Assembly: GCA_965248445.1 (NCBI GenBank)
Contig: CBDFJG010000004.1
Coordinates: 1,792,001 to 1,856,000 of the forward strand
Origin: Planctomycetota bacterium
Lineage (GTDB): Bacteria > Planctomycetota > JAJSAM01 > JAJVHW01
DNA length: 64,000 bases
Direction of reading: 5' to 3'
This document shows, one piece after another, positions 28,195 through 37,214 of the stretch. Made by a program: the position numbers and the translations under genes. The stretch's first letter is position 1, and each line of letters starts with the position of its first letter. The notes under the pieces are model-generated. The model was not told the origin of the DNA. It searched no databases and was given only the letters and a program-made list of their open reading frames with translations.

Positions 28195-28304
28195 CACGTT
28201 CAACAAAGGTTACGACGGGCGGCGACACCGATTCGCAACGCCTGTCCCCGTCTCTTGTGACACTCCCGGGCTTCCCCGGCGCCGGAGAACGCGGTCCTCT
28301 CGAT

Positions 28305-28318
28305 CCCCCCCCCCCCCC
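28305..28318. repeat. poly-C tract (C14)
   Basis: Seen directly between the divergent glycan operon and helicase. Confidence 0.9.
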
Positions 28319-28331
28319 GATCCACACCACG

Positions 28332-30395
28332 ATGGTCCGCCGACTCCTTCCCCGCCTGAACGAAGCCCAGCGAGAGGCCGTCACAACCACTGAGGGTCCC
28401 GTACTCGTGCTGGCCGGGGCCGGCACCGGCAAGACCCGGGTGGTCACGTTCCGCATCGCACACCTGCTCGAGCAGGGCATCGCGCCCGAGCACATCCTGG
28501 CGGTCACGTTCACGAACAAAGCCGCCGGCGAGATGCGTGACCGGGTTTCCGGGCTGGTGGGCGCGAAGCGTGCTCGGGCGCTGACGGTCGGGACATTCCA
28601 CGCGTTCTGCGCGCGCTCGCTTCGCAAGCACGCCCGCCTGATCGGTCTGCCGCGCGGATTCGTCATCGCCGATGCCTCTGACCAGCTCGGCGCGGTCAAG
28701 GGAGCCCTGCGCGAGCTGTGCATCCCGGAGAAGGTGATGCACCCGCGGGCGATCCATGCCCGGATCTCGCTGCTCAAGAACAGCCTGATCGGCGCGCGGG
28801 CGCACCTGGATGGAGCGGCGGACGACGAGGATGAGATCGTCGGGCGCGTGTACGTGAAGTACGAGGAGCACCTTCGCCGCTCCCGCGCCATCGACTTCGA
28901 CGACCTGCTCGTGCGGACCGTTTTCCTGCTTCGCGAGCACGACGCGGTCCTCGCCGGGTTCCGCGCGCAGTACCGCTATCTCATGGTGGATGAGTTCCAG
29001 GACACGAACGCGCCGCAGTTCGAGATCGTGCAGCGCGTGGCCGGACCACGCCGGAACCTGTGCGTCGTCGGCGACGACGACCAGTCGATCTACGGGTGGC
29101 GCGGGGCCGACGTCAGCAAGATCCTGGACTTCGGCAGGCACTTCCCGGGCGCCAAGATCGTGCGCCTCGAGATGAACTACCGCTCGACCGAGCCGATCCT
29201 CGAGGCCGCGAACCGGCTCATCTCGCACAACCCGGCACGGCACGAGAAGAAGCTGATCTCGTTCCTCGGGCGCGGCGAGCCGATCGAGACGGTCGCGTGC
29301 GACGACGAGGAGCGCGAGGCGGAAAGTGTCGTCTTCGACATCGTCGGCAAGGCCGAGCGCCGCGCCATGTCGTTCGCGCAGTTCGCCGTGCTGTTCCGAA
29401 CAGCGCCCCAGATGCGCGTGTTCGAGACCCTGCTGCGCGCGAACGACGTGCCCTACGTGCTCGTCGGCGGCATGTCGTTCTTCGACCGCAAGGAAGTGCG
29501 GGACCTGCTGGCGTTCGTCAAGCTCATGGTCAATCCTCGCGACGAGGTCGCGTTCCTGCGCGTCGTCAACGTCCCGCCTCGCGGCGTCGGGAAGACGACG
29601 ATCGACACGCTGCTCACGCGGGCGACGGAGCAGGGCACGTCGATCCCTGCCCTCCTGGACGGCGGCGCGGCACTGGAGGACCTACCGCCCGCCGGACTCG
29701 CGGCTATCCGCGAACTGCGCGCGAAGCTGAAGTCGCTCGCCGAGGCGAGACTCCCGTTGGTGGGCGTTCTGCGGCGCATGCTCGACGCCGTCGACTATGA
29801 GACGGAACTGACCCGCTGCTATCCGGACACCGAGGCGCGGCAAGCACGATCCGCTGCGATTCTCGAGTTCCTCAACATGGCGGAGAACCACACACGCCGC
29901 AACGGCAGCGGCACTCTCGGCACCTTCCTCGAGGAGATCGCGCTCTCCGCAGAGGACCGGCGGAACGACGACAAGGAACGGTCCCGGGACGCAGTCACGC
30001 TCATGACCCTCCACGCGGCGAAGGGACTCGAGTACCCGCACGTGTACCTCGTCGGCATGGAAGGGGGACTACTGCCTCACACGCGCTCGGCGGAAGAGGG
30101 AATCGAAGAGGAGCGCCGCCTCGCGTACGTGGGCGTGACCCGCGCGCAGAAGAAGCTGACTCTCTCGTACGCGAAGACACGTGCCCGATTCGGCAACCGT
30201 GTCGAGGTCTCGCCCAGCCGATTCCTGTTCGAACTCGATGGCGCCGAGCCGCCGCCGAACTGGAGACCGGTCGGCGCGCCGCGGCCGGACGCCGGCAAGA
30301 AGCCCGGGAAGAAGGGCGGGAAGGCCGGCAAGGGCCGGCGCCGCGTCCCGCCGGGGCTCCGCGACGCGCAGAGGCGCCGCCGGCAGCGTCGCTGA
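28332..30395 (+). CDS. UvrD/Rep/PcrA-family DNA helicase
   Basis: LAGAGTGKT, TFTNKAA, VDEFQDTN, VGDDDQSIYGWRGA, TLHAAKGLEY, EERRLAYVGVTRA. Confidence 0.95.
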   Translation: MVRRLLPRLNEAQREAVTTTEGPVLVLAGAGTGKTRVVTFRIAHLLEQGIAPEHILAVTFTNKAAGEMRDRVSGLVGAKRARALTVGTFHAFCARSLRKHARLIGLPRGFVIADASDQLGAVKGALRELCIPEKVMHPRAIHARISLLKNSLIGARAHLDGAADDEDEIVGRVYVKYEEHLRRSRAIDFDDLLVRTVFLLREHDAVLAGFRAQYRYLMVDEFQDTNAPQFEIVQRVAGPRRNLCVVGDDDQSIYGWRGADVSKILDFGRHFPGAKIVRLEMNYRSTEPILEAANRLISHNPARHEKKLISFLGRGEPIETVACDDEEREAESVVFDIVGKAERRAMSFAQFAVLFRTAPQMRVFETLLRANDVPYVLVGGMSFFDRKEVRDLLAFVKLMVNPRDEVAFLRVVNVPPRGVGKTTIDTLLTRATEQGTSIPALLDGGAALEDLPPAGLAAIRELRAKLKSLAEARLPLVGVLRRMLDAVDYETELTRCYPDTEARQARSAAILEFLNMAENHTRRNGSGTLGTFLEEIALSAEDRRNDDKERSRDAVTLMTLHAAKGLEYPHVYLVGMEGGLLPHTRSAEEGIEEERRLAYVGVTRAQKKLTLSYAKTRARFGNRVEVSPSRFLFELDGAEPPPNWRPVGAPRPDAGKKPGKKGGKAGKGRRRVPPGLRDAQRRRRQRR

Positions 30396-30397
30396 GC

Positions 30398-30937
30398 TCA
30401 GTCCGCGACGCGCTTCAGGCGGATCGTGAGGTTCACGGGCTCGCCCCACATCTCTCCCGCCACGCCGATGACGAGTTCGTCTACGGCGGGCCGTGCATAC
30501 GTCAGCGTCCGAGGGAAGTCGTTCTCCGGATCCTCGAAAACCACCACACGTTTCTTCGCGTCGAGTGACTTCAGCTTGAACGGCTCCTTCGCCTTGCCGA
30601 AGGGGTGCGGGACGACGTAGACGGTGCCCTCGCGTTCCACGAATCGCTCGAACTCGAACATCGCCACCTTGCCGTCGCGCATCTCCTTGGACGCGCTCAG
30701 GATCTCACCGCCCGTGGGCGTCGTGTAGACCGTCTCCCAGGTCTTGCCGTCGTCCGACGTCCCGGTCCATCGACCGGCCAGGAAATCGAGCGCGGCGATC
30801 CCGCTCTCGACTCTCTCTCCCTTCTCGGCACCGTCTCCCTTCTCGGCTCTCCTCTCGAGTGGCGGCTCGTCCTGCGCCGTCGCAAGGGCGGTAAGTGCTG
30901 CAAGGGTGAGCAAGATCATCGGGAGCAGAGCGCGCAT
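30398..30937 (-). CDS. secreted DUF6265-like protein
   Basis: Signal peptide, LDFLAGRW.G, VFEDPENDFP..LTY. Confidence 0.75.
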   Translation of the reverse strand: MRALLPMILLTLAALTALATAQDEPPLERRAEKGDGAEKGERVESGIAALDFLAGRWTGTSDDGKTWETVYTTPTGGEILSASKEMRDGKVAMFEFERFVEREGTVYVVPHPFGKAKEPFKLKSLDAKKRVVVFEDPENDFPRTLTYARPAVDELVIGVAGEMWGEPVNLTIRLKRVAD

Positions 30938-31021
30938 CTCGGACCTCCTGTCAGCCGCTTGCGGCGCCCGACCACGGGAGCGTACCGTGCCGCGGATCAC
31001 GACTCACGGAGGTAGGTACGC

Positions 31022-31411
31022 ATGGCGTGGAAAGTGACCGAGACGATGATTCTGGTCTCCGATCTCGACGCGTCGATCCATCACTACGTGGACGTGCTCG
31101 GGTTCAACCTCATCGAGAAGCAGGAGTGGGGCTTCGCGATGCTCACTCCGGACGGCGCCGCGCACGTCGGCCTCCTCGACGTCAAGAGCTCGGACTCCGA
31201 CTGGAAGCCGGGAGATCCGATGCCGCCCCCCCGCGTCGCCCTTCAGACCGACGACATCGAAGCCGAGGCCTTGCGCCTGCGGGAAGCCGGGGCCGACATC
31301 GACAACGTCGTCGGTGAGCCGGGCACGCTCCGAGCCATTGGTTTCCGGGACCGCGACGGGAACCGGTTCTTCCTGTGGGACGACGGCTCCGGCTCCCTCG
31401 CCGGCGCATGA
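31022..31411 (+). CDS. VOC/glyoxalase family protein
   Basis: VSDLDASI.HY.DVLGF and FRDRDGNRF. GGAGG RBS. Confidence 0.85.
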   Translation: MAWKVTETMILVSDLDASIHHYVDVLGFNLIEKQEWGFAMLTPDGAAHVGLLDVKSSDSDWKPGDPMPPPRVALQTDDIEAEALRLREAGADIDNVVGEPGTLRAIGFRDRDGNRFFLWDDGSGSLAGA

Positions 31412-31546
31412 CCGGGCGGCACGCGGTGCACTGGGCACACTGCGCGGGAACCCGGAATCGTCGCCAATTCATCTCCACCCCCGCTGCCCCGGCCTAGAGT
31501 TACCAGCCATTCGGGTTCTGCGCCCGCTTCCGACTCGGGAGGTCCG

Positions 31547-32992
31547 ATGGCCAACGACAAGAAGAAGAAGAAGAACGGCAACGGAGAGGACCTCAACCTC
31601 TACCACGCGTACTTGCAGCAGTTCGACCGGTCGGCGGCTGCGTTGCCGTTCTCCGACCATCTCTTGGCAAGCATCCGGGAGTGCAACAACGTCTACGAGT
31701 TCCGCTTCCCGGTACGCGTGGGCAAGAAGACCGAGGTGATCACCGGCTGGCGCGCGGAGCACAGCCATCACCGCAAGCCGCTGAAGGGCGGTATCCGGTA
31801 CGCGCTGCACGTGAGTTCTGACGAAGTGCAGGCGCTGGCGTCGCTGATGACGTTCAAGTGCGCGATCGTCAATGTGCCGTTCGGAGGCAGCAAGGGCGCC
31901 GTGCGGGTCAACCCCTACAACACGGCACCCGACGTCCTCGAGCGCATTACCCGCCGGTACACGGCCGAGTTGATCTGGAAGAACTTCATCGGTCCCGGCA
32001 TCAACGTGCCTGCCCCCGACATGGGCACGGGCGCGCGGGAGATGGCGTGGATCGCCGACACGTACGACTCGATGAACAACGGCGGAATCGACAATTTCGC
32101 CTGCGTCACCGGAAAGCCGGTGGGACAGGGCGGCGTCCAGGGGCGCGAAGAGGCGACCGGGCGCGGTGTGTACTACGGCGTGCGCGAGGCCCTGAGTCAC
32201 CCGAGTGACTGCAAGCGCCTCGGCTTGACCGTGGGCATCGAGGGCAAGGCCGTGGCCATCCAGGGCTACGGCAATGTCGGGTTCCACGCGTCGAAGATCT
32301 TCCGGAACGAAGGCAAGGCGCGAATCGTCGCGATCGGCGAGTGGAACGGCTGGTTGCACAACCCCGACGGCATCGATCTCGACGAACTGCAGAAGTTCCG
32401 CGAGGCCGAGGGGACGATGTTCGGGTTCCCGGGCGCGAAGACCCGCAAGCGCGCCGGAATGATGCTCGAGGTCGAGTGCGACGTGCTCGTGCCGGCGGCG
32501 ATCCAGAACGTCATCACTCTCGAGAACGTCGATCGCTTGCGCTGCAAGATCGTGGCGGAGGCGGCCAACGGTCCGACCACGCCGGGCGCGGAGCAGAAGC
32601 TCGTCGATCGCGGCATCATGGTGCTGCCCGACATCTACCTGAACGCGGGCGGCGTGACCGTGAGCTACTTCGAGTGGACGAAGAACATCGGTCACATTCG
32701 CTACGGCCGCATGTCGCAGCGGCTCGAAGCGATGAAGGAGTCGCGCGTGCTGCGCGCGCTGGAGGAGGCCACGGGCGGACTCCCCGAAGAGGACCGCCAG
32801 GTCCTCGGCCGCGGGTCCAGCGAGCTCGATCTCGTCCGGTCCGGTCTCGAGGGCACGATGGTCGACGCGTATCGCGAGGTCCGCGATCAGCTGAAGAGAC
32901 GCAAGCACGTGCAGGACTTGCGAACGGCCGCGTACGCCGTCGCGATCGAGAAGGTCGCCGCGAGCTACAAGAGCCTGGGTGTGTGGCCCTGA
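31547..32992 (+). CDS. gdhA: glutamate dehydrogenase (Glu/Leu/Phe/Val family)
   Basis: KGGIRY, PFGGSKG, VPAPDMGT, QGYGNVG, EAANGP, NAGGVTVSYFEW. Confidence 0.93.
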   Translation: MANDKKKKKNGNGEDLNLYHAYLQQFDRSAAALPFSDHLLASIRECNNVYEFRFPVRVGKKTEVITGWRAEHSHHRKPLKGGIRYALHVSSDEVQALASLMTFKCAIVNVPFGGSKGAVRVNPYNTAPDVLERITRRYTAELIWKNFIGPGINVPAPDMGTGAREMAWIADTYDSMNNGGIDNFACVTGKPVGQGGVQGREEATGRGVYYGVREALSHPSDCKRLGLTVGIEGKAVAIQGYGNVGFHASKIFRNEGKARIVAIGEWNGWLHNPDGIDLDELQKFREAEGTMFGFPGAKTRKRAGMMLEVECDVLVPAAIQNVITLENVDRLRCKIVAEAANGPTTPGAEQKLVDRGIMVLPDIYLNAGGVTVSYFEWTKNIGHIRYGRMSQRLEAMKESRVLRALEEATGGLPEEDRQVLGRGSSELDLVRSGLEGTMVDAYREVRDQLKRRKHVQDLRTAAYAVAIEKVAASYKSLGVWP

Positions 32993-33768
32993 TCGACCCA
33001 GCTCCCGCACTCGCGCTTGCCGTGCGCGCAGCCGAGCGCGCGGCGGAGACGCTTCTCACACACTTTCGTGACCGCGGACTCGTCGTCGAGACCAAGGCGG
33101 ACGGAACCCCCGTCAGCCGTGCCGATCGCGAGGCGGAGAACATCATCGTCTCCACCATTCGCGCCGACGCGACGTTCGGTGCATTCGACGTGCTGGGCGA
33201 AGAGAGCGGCGGGCGCGGCACGGGATCGAGACTGCGCTGGGTCATCGACCCGCTTGACGGCACGCTGTCTTACACGCACGGCTTCCCTTTCTGGGGGACG
33301 CTGATCGCGCTCGAGGACGTGCAGGACGGGACGAGCATCGTCGGCGTCGCGCACTTTCCGGCGCTCGGCTGGACCTACGCCGCCGCGCTCGGCGACGGAG
33401 CCACACGGAACGGCACTCCGATCCGTGTGACGTCCGAGACCGACCCCGGGAAGACGATCCTCGGCTGCCCGGACGACGCCACGGCGGAACTGGCCGGTCA
33501 GCTGACAGCACTCCGAGAGCTGCGGTCGGGCCACTCTCGCGTGCGCGGGTACTGGGACTGCGTGTCGCACGTCCTAGCGGCGGAAGGTGCGTTCGGGGCG
33601 GTGTTCGACGTCTGTCTCGCGCCTTGGGACCTGGCCGCGACCCGCCTCATCGTCACCGAGGCCGGCGGTGAAGTCCGCACGCGGCCCTCTGCGTACGCGG
33701 ACACGACCGACGCACTGTTGGGCGCGCCAGCGATCGTCGCTGCGCTGGCGCCGCGCCTTCGATTCTGA
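32983..33768 (+). CDS. inositol monophosphatase family (HisN-like)
   Basis: KADGTPVS.ADR, GEE, WVIDPLDGT, PWDLAA..LIV.EAGG. Confidence 0.9.
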   Translation: MALIDPAPALALAVRAAERAAETLLTHFRDRGLVVETKADGTPVSRADREAENIIVSTIRADATFGAFDVLGEESGGRGTGSRLRWVIDPLDGTLSYTHGFPFWGTLIALEDVQDGTSIVGVAHFPALGWTYAAALGDGATRNGTPIRVTSETDPGKTILGCPDDATAELAGQLTALRELRSGHSRVRGYWDCVSHVLAAEGAFGAVFDVCLAPWDLAATRLIVTEAGGEVRTRPSAYADTTDALLGAPAIVAALAPRLRF

Positions 33769-34107
33769 TCACACCTTCTTGGGCACACGAGACCGGGACC
33801 GGTTCTGCGCGGGCGGCGAGAACGCCACGTCGGCCAGCTTGGAGACGTGGCGCCGTAGCGCAACGCGACCTCGCGGCGTGATCCGCACAGTGGTGCGCGG
33901 CCGGCGGCGGACGAAGTCCTTCGTGACGGTCACGTACCCAGCGCGCTCGAGCTTGTCGAGGTGGTTCCCCAGGTTCCCCTGGGTGACGGCGAGCGCATCC
34001 TTCAGTTCCGGGAAGGTCGCAGAGCGGCACTGGATGAGCATCGCGATCACGCCGAGGCGAACCCGCGAGAGCAGAAGGCCGTCGAACTCGTACGGCGCCG
34101 AACTCAC
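33769..34107 (-). CDS. winged-helix transcriptional regulator
   Basis: RLGVIAML...TFPELK..L.VTQGNL..HL.KLE.AGYV...K.F..RRPRT. GTGA overlap. Confidence 0.85.
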   Translation of the reverse strand: MSSAPYEFDGLLLSRVRLGVIAMLIQCRSATFPELKDALAVTQGNLGNHLDKLERAGYVTVTKDFVRRRPRTTVRITPRGRVALRRHVSKLADVAFSPPAQNRSRSRVPKKV

Positions 34108-34721
34108 GCGGTTCCGCCGGCGGTGTGCGCGTGGACCCACCGCCGCACGCGCGACTCGGCCATGACGCCGGGGATCAGGAGGCCCAGTCCCATAGCCGGT
34201 CCGAGGATGTAGCCCGCGTAGTCGGCGAAGCGGAGCGCGACGAGGAACGCCACGAAGATGGCTGCGGCGCTCACGAAGAACTCGCGCCGGTAGACGACGC
34301 CGAGGCCGTACGCCATGACTGCGTACGCCAGTCCCCAGACGAGAGGGATGTGAGGTCCGGCCACCAGTTCCAGCGGTGGGCCGGCCGCCGAGAGCAGGAT
34401 GGCAGGCACGAGGGCGCCCCAGACGATCGTCACGATCTGACGGCCGACATACGTGTTCTCGGAGCGGATCCGCGGTGCGACCCGAAGCCGGACCTCCAGC
34501 ACTGTGCTCAGCACCGAACCGATGAAGAGCGCGGCCGCCATGACGGCGAACATCTCCCCCATGCGGCCACGCAACTGAAACCAGTTCGCGAGCGGGTACC
34601 ACACGAGCACCAGCGCTCCCCAGATCACGAAGTGGAACGCGTGCGGATCGACCGCCCGCTCCGTCCGCTCGAGGACATTCCGGATGTACCCCAGATCACT
34701 CTTCGCCTGCCCTCCCTGCAT
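34104..34721 (-). CDS. multi-pass membrane protein co-transcribed with the regulator
   Basis: DL.YIR.VLERT N-terminus, about 6 TM helices, GGGAGG RBS. Confidence 0.75.
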   Translation of the reverse strand: MQGGQAKSDLGYIRNVLERTERAVDPHAFHFVIWGALVLVWYPLANWFQLRGRMGEMFAVMAAALFIGSVLSTVLEVRLRVAPRIRSENTYVGRQIVTIVWGALVPAILLSAAGPPLELVAGPHIPLVWGLAYAVMAYGLGVVYRREFFVSAAAIFVAFLVALRFADYAGYILGPAMGLGLLIPGVMAESRVRRWVHAHTAGGTA

Positions 34722-34750
34722 CGACGACCTCCCGGCCTGCGGCCGCATTA

Positions 34751-34791
34751 AGTCTGTTTTTCAGACTAGTCTGCACTCTTTAACCGATCAA
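34751..34791 (-). promoter_or_regulatory. sigma70-like promoter with overlapping inverted-repeat operator
   Basis: TTGATC-17 nt-TAGTCT on the minus strand. AGTCTG-N5-CAGACT and CAGACTAGTCTG palindromes overlap the -10. Confidence 0.7.
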
Positions 34792-34816
34792 GCTCCGATT
34801 CGGTTCGGAGAACGGC

Positions 34817-35869
34817 TCAGGCCTCGTCGGACGGCATGAAGCGCTCGAACCGGCTGCGGTCGCCGGCGCTTCGGTAGGCGAACTCGCCGGGGATGATCTC
34901 CTCGCGCGCCAGCCGGTGCAGCGAGTCGTCGAGACGGTGCATGCCCTCGCTCCTTCCGGCGTGAAAGAGGGACTCGATCTTGTGCGTCGCTCCGTCGCGC
35001 ACGATCGATGCGAGTGCGGTTGAGCTGAACAGTAGTTCCGTCGCCGGAACTCGTCCGCCGCCTTCCGTCCGCGGGCAGAGGATCTGGCTCAGCACGCCGC
35101 GCAGCGATCCGCCGAGCATGGAACGGACGTGGTGTTGGTGGTCTTCGTCGAACACCTCGATGATGCGGTCGATCGTCCGGCCGGCGCTGTTGGTGTGCAG
35201 CGTCGAGAACACGAGCGTCCCGGTCTCGGCCAGCGTCAGCGCGAGCTGGATGGTCTCCCGGTCGCGCATCTCCCCCACGAGCACGAGGTCCGGATCCTGG
35301 CGCCCGGCGGACAGGAGAGCGTCGGCGAACGACTCGGAGTCCTTGCCGATCTCGCGCTGCGTGAACCACGAGTTCTTGTCCGTGTGCACGAACTCGATTG
35401 GATCCTCGATCGTCACGACGTGCCGGCCGTCCCGCTGGTTCACGAGGTCGAGCAGCGCTGCGAGTGTGGACGACTTGCCGCTGCCCGTCGGTCCGGTCAC
35501 CAACACGAGTCCGGAGCGGAGGTCGGCGAAGCGAGCGACCTCGGCCGGCACGTTCAGCTCCTCGAGCGACGGGATGCGTCGGGGGATCAACCGGAACACT
35601 GCCCCGACCCCGCCACGATGCCGGAACACATTGACTCGGAAGCGCGCGCGGTCCGGCAGCTCGTGTGCCAAGTCAACCTCGCCGTGGTCGTCGAACAGTG
35701 CGCGCTGTCTGTCGTCGAGCAGCGGCAACGCCAGCGGACCGACCTCCACCGGCACGTCGCGCAGTCGCGTCAAGTGGCCGTGCACGCGGATCTTCGGAAC
35801 GACACCGTCGATCAGGTGCAGGTCCGATCCCTCCTGCTCGATCAACTCGCCGAGGAGCGTGTTGAGCAT
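34817..35869 (-). CDS. pilT: PilT/PilU-family type IV pilus retraction ATPase
   Basis: GSDLHL, TGPTGSGKS, TIEDPIEF, RQDPD..LVGEMRD.ET, STLHTNSA. Confidence 0.9.
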   Translation of the reverse strand: MLNTLLGELIEQEGSDLHLIDGVVPKIRVHGHLTRLRDVPVEVGPLALPLLDDRQRALFDDHGEVDLAHELPDRARFRVNVFRHRGGVGAVFRLIPRRIPSLEELNVPAEVARFADLRSGLVLVTGPTGSGKSSTLAALLDLVNQRDGRHVVTIEDPIEFVHTDKNSWFTQREIGKDSESFADALLSAGRQDPDLVLVGEMRDRETIQLALTLAETGTLVFSTLHTNSAGRTIDRIIEVFDEDHQHHVRSMLGGSLRGVLSQILCPRTEGGGRVPATELLFSSTALASIVRDGATHKIESLFHAGRSEGMHRLDDSLHRLAREEIIPGEFAYRSAGDRSRFERFMPSDEA

Positions 35870-37008
35870 CACCCCGCCTCCTCGAACCGGTCCTTAGCGA
35901 TCGCATAGCTCCGCGCAGTGTCGCGACTGATCACCCCCTGCTTGACGCGCTGCAACAGGCAGGTATCGAGGTCGATCATGCCCGTACGGCGGCCCGTCTG
36001 CAGTAGCGATGGGATCTGGTGCGTGCGCTCCTCGCGGATGTGATTGGCCACTGCGAGAGTGCTGTGCAGGATCTCGTACGCGACGACACGGCGACCTCCG
36101 CCCTCGCGAGGGAGCAATCGCTGCGAGATCACGGTGCGCAGCGTGGCGGCGAGCATCGTCCGCACCTGCGCTCGCTCCCGCCCAGGAAACAGGTCGAGCA
36201 TGCGGTTGACCGTCGATATCGCACCGCGGGTGTGGAGCGTACCCAGCACGAGATGCCCGGTCTCCGCCGCGAGGATCGCCGTGCGGATCGTGTCGAGATC
36301 GCGGAGCTCCGACACCAGGATCACGTCCGGGTCCTCACGCAGCGCGGCGCGCAGCGCACCCGCAAATCCGGACGTGTGCGCGCCGAGCTGACGCTGTGTG
36401 ACGTTGGCGAGATCACTCTCGAACACGTACTCGATCGGGTCCTCGATCGTGACGACATGATCCGCGCGCGTGCGGTTCACGTGTCCGACGAGCGCAGCGA
36501 GCGTCGACGACTTGCCGCAGCCCGACGGCCCGGTCACGAGCACCAGCCCGTGCCGGTGCTCGGTGGTCTTCAGGAGTTCGTCGGGCAAATCCAGTTCCGC
36601 GATGGTCGGGATGGTCAGCGGCACGAGTTTGAGCGCCGCGCCCCAGCCGCGACGCTGATGGTGCACGTTCGCGCGCACGCGGCCGAGGTCCGGAAGCTCC
36701 ACACAGAGGTCGACGTCGTGGTCGCGGGGGAGTCCCCCGCGCTCGCACAGGTCGAGTGCGAGCCCGTCGGCCTCGCCCGGGGCCAGCTCGTGTGTCTCGA
36801 ACGGGAGGAGAGCGCCCTCCACGCGTGCGCAGGGCACGCCCCCGGCCGAAAAGTGCACGTCCGACGCCCCGGCGTCCCGCGCAACCCGCACGAACCCCGC
36901 CAGGGTCCGCTCGTCCGGTGCGGGCAGCGTCTGCGGCACCTCGGGCTCGGCGTCCGGCTCTTCTTCCGGCTCAGGCGCCGCACCGAACAACCGCTCGAGG
37001 AATGACAT
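35869..37008 (-). CDS. pilT: PilT/PilU-family ATPase
   Basis: ASDVH, TGPSGCGKS, LRAALREDPDVI, AAETGHLVLGTLHT, ANHIRE. Confidence 0.9.
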   Translation of the reverse strand: MSFLERLFGAAPEPEEEPDAEPEVPQTLPAPDERTLAGFVRVARDAGASDVHFSAGGVPCARVEGALLPFETHELAPGEADGLALDLCERGGLPRDHDVDLCVELPDLGRVRANVHHQRRGWGAALKLVPLTIPTIAELDLPDELLKTTEHRHGLVLVTGPSGCGKSSTLAALVGHVNRTRADHVVTIEDPIEYVFESDLANVTQRQLGAHTSGFAGALRAALREDPDVILVSELRDLDTIRTAILAAETGHLVLGTLHTRGAISTVNRMLDLFPGRERAQVRTMLAATLRTVISQRLLPREGGGRRVVAYEILHSTLAVANHIREERTHQIPSLLQTGRRTGMIDLDTCLLQRVKQGVISRDTARSYAIAKDRFEEAG

Positions 37009-37155
37009 GCGGAGAGAGTCTCAGAACAGCCGGGCACTAGGCGAGGAAGATGAACTGCGAACGAGGAGTGGCGCGAGGTTCGCGTAGCGAACCGAGTGAC
37101 ACCCCGCAGCGAGCCGCCTCCGTAGCGTCCGGAGGACGCGTAGGAGGGAGACATG

Positions 37156-37214
37156 CTAGTTGGAGTGTGGCATGCGGGGCGCTTCGCGCGCCCCGCATGC
37201 CACACTCCAACTAG
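37156..37214. repeat. perfect 27-bp inverted repeat (terminator or MITE-like)
   Basis: CTAGTTGGAGTGTGGCATGCGGGGCGC-TTCGC-GCGCCCCGCATGCCACACTCCAACTAG, overlapping the fadL stop. Confidence 0.85.
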
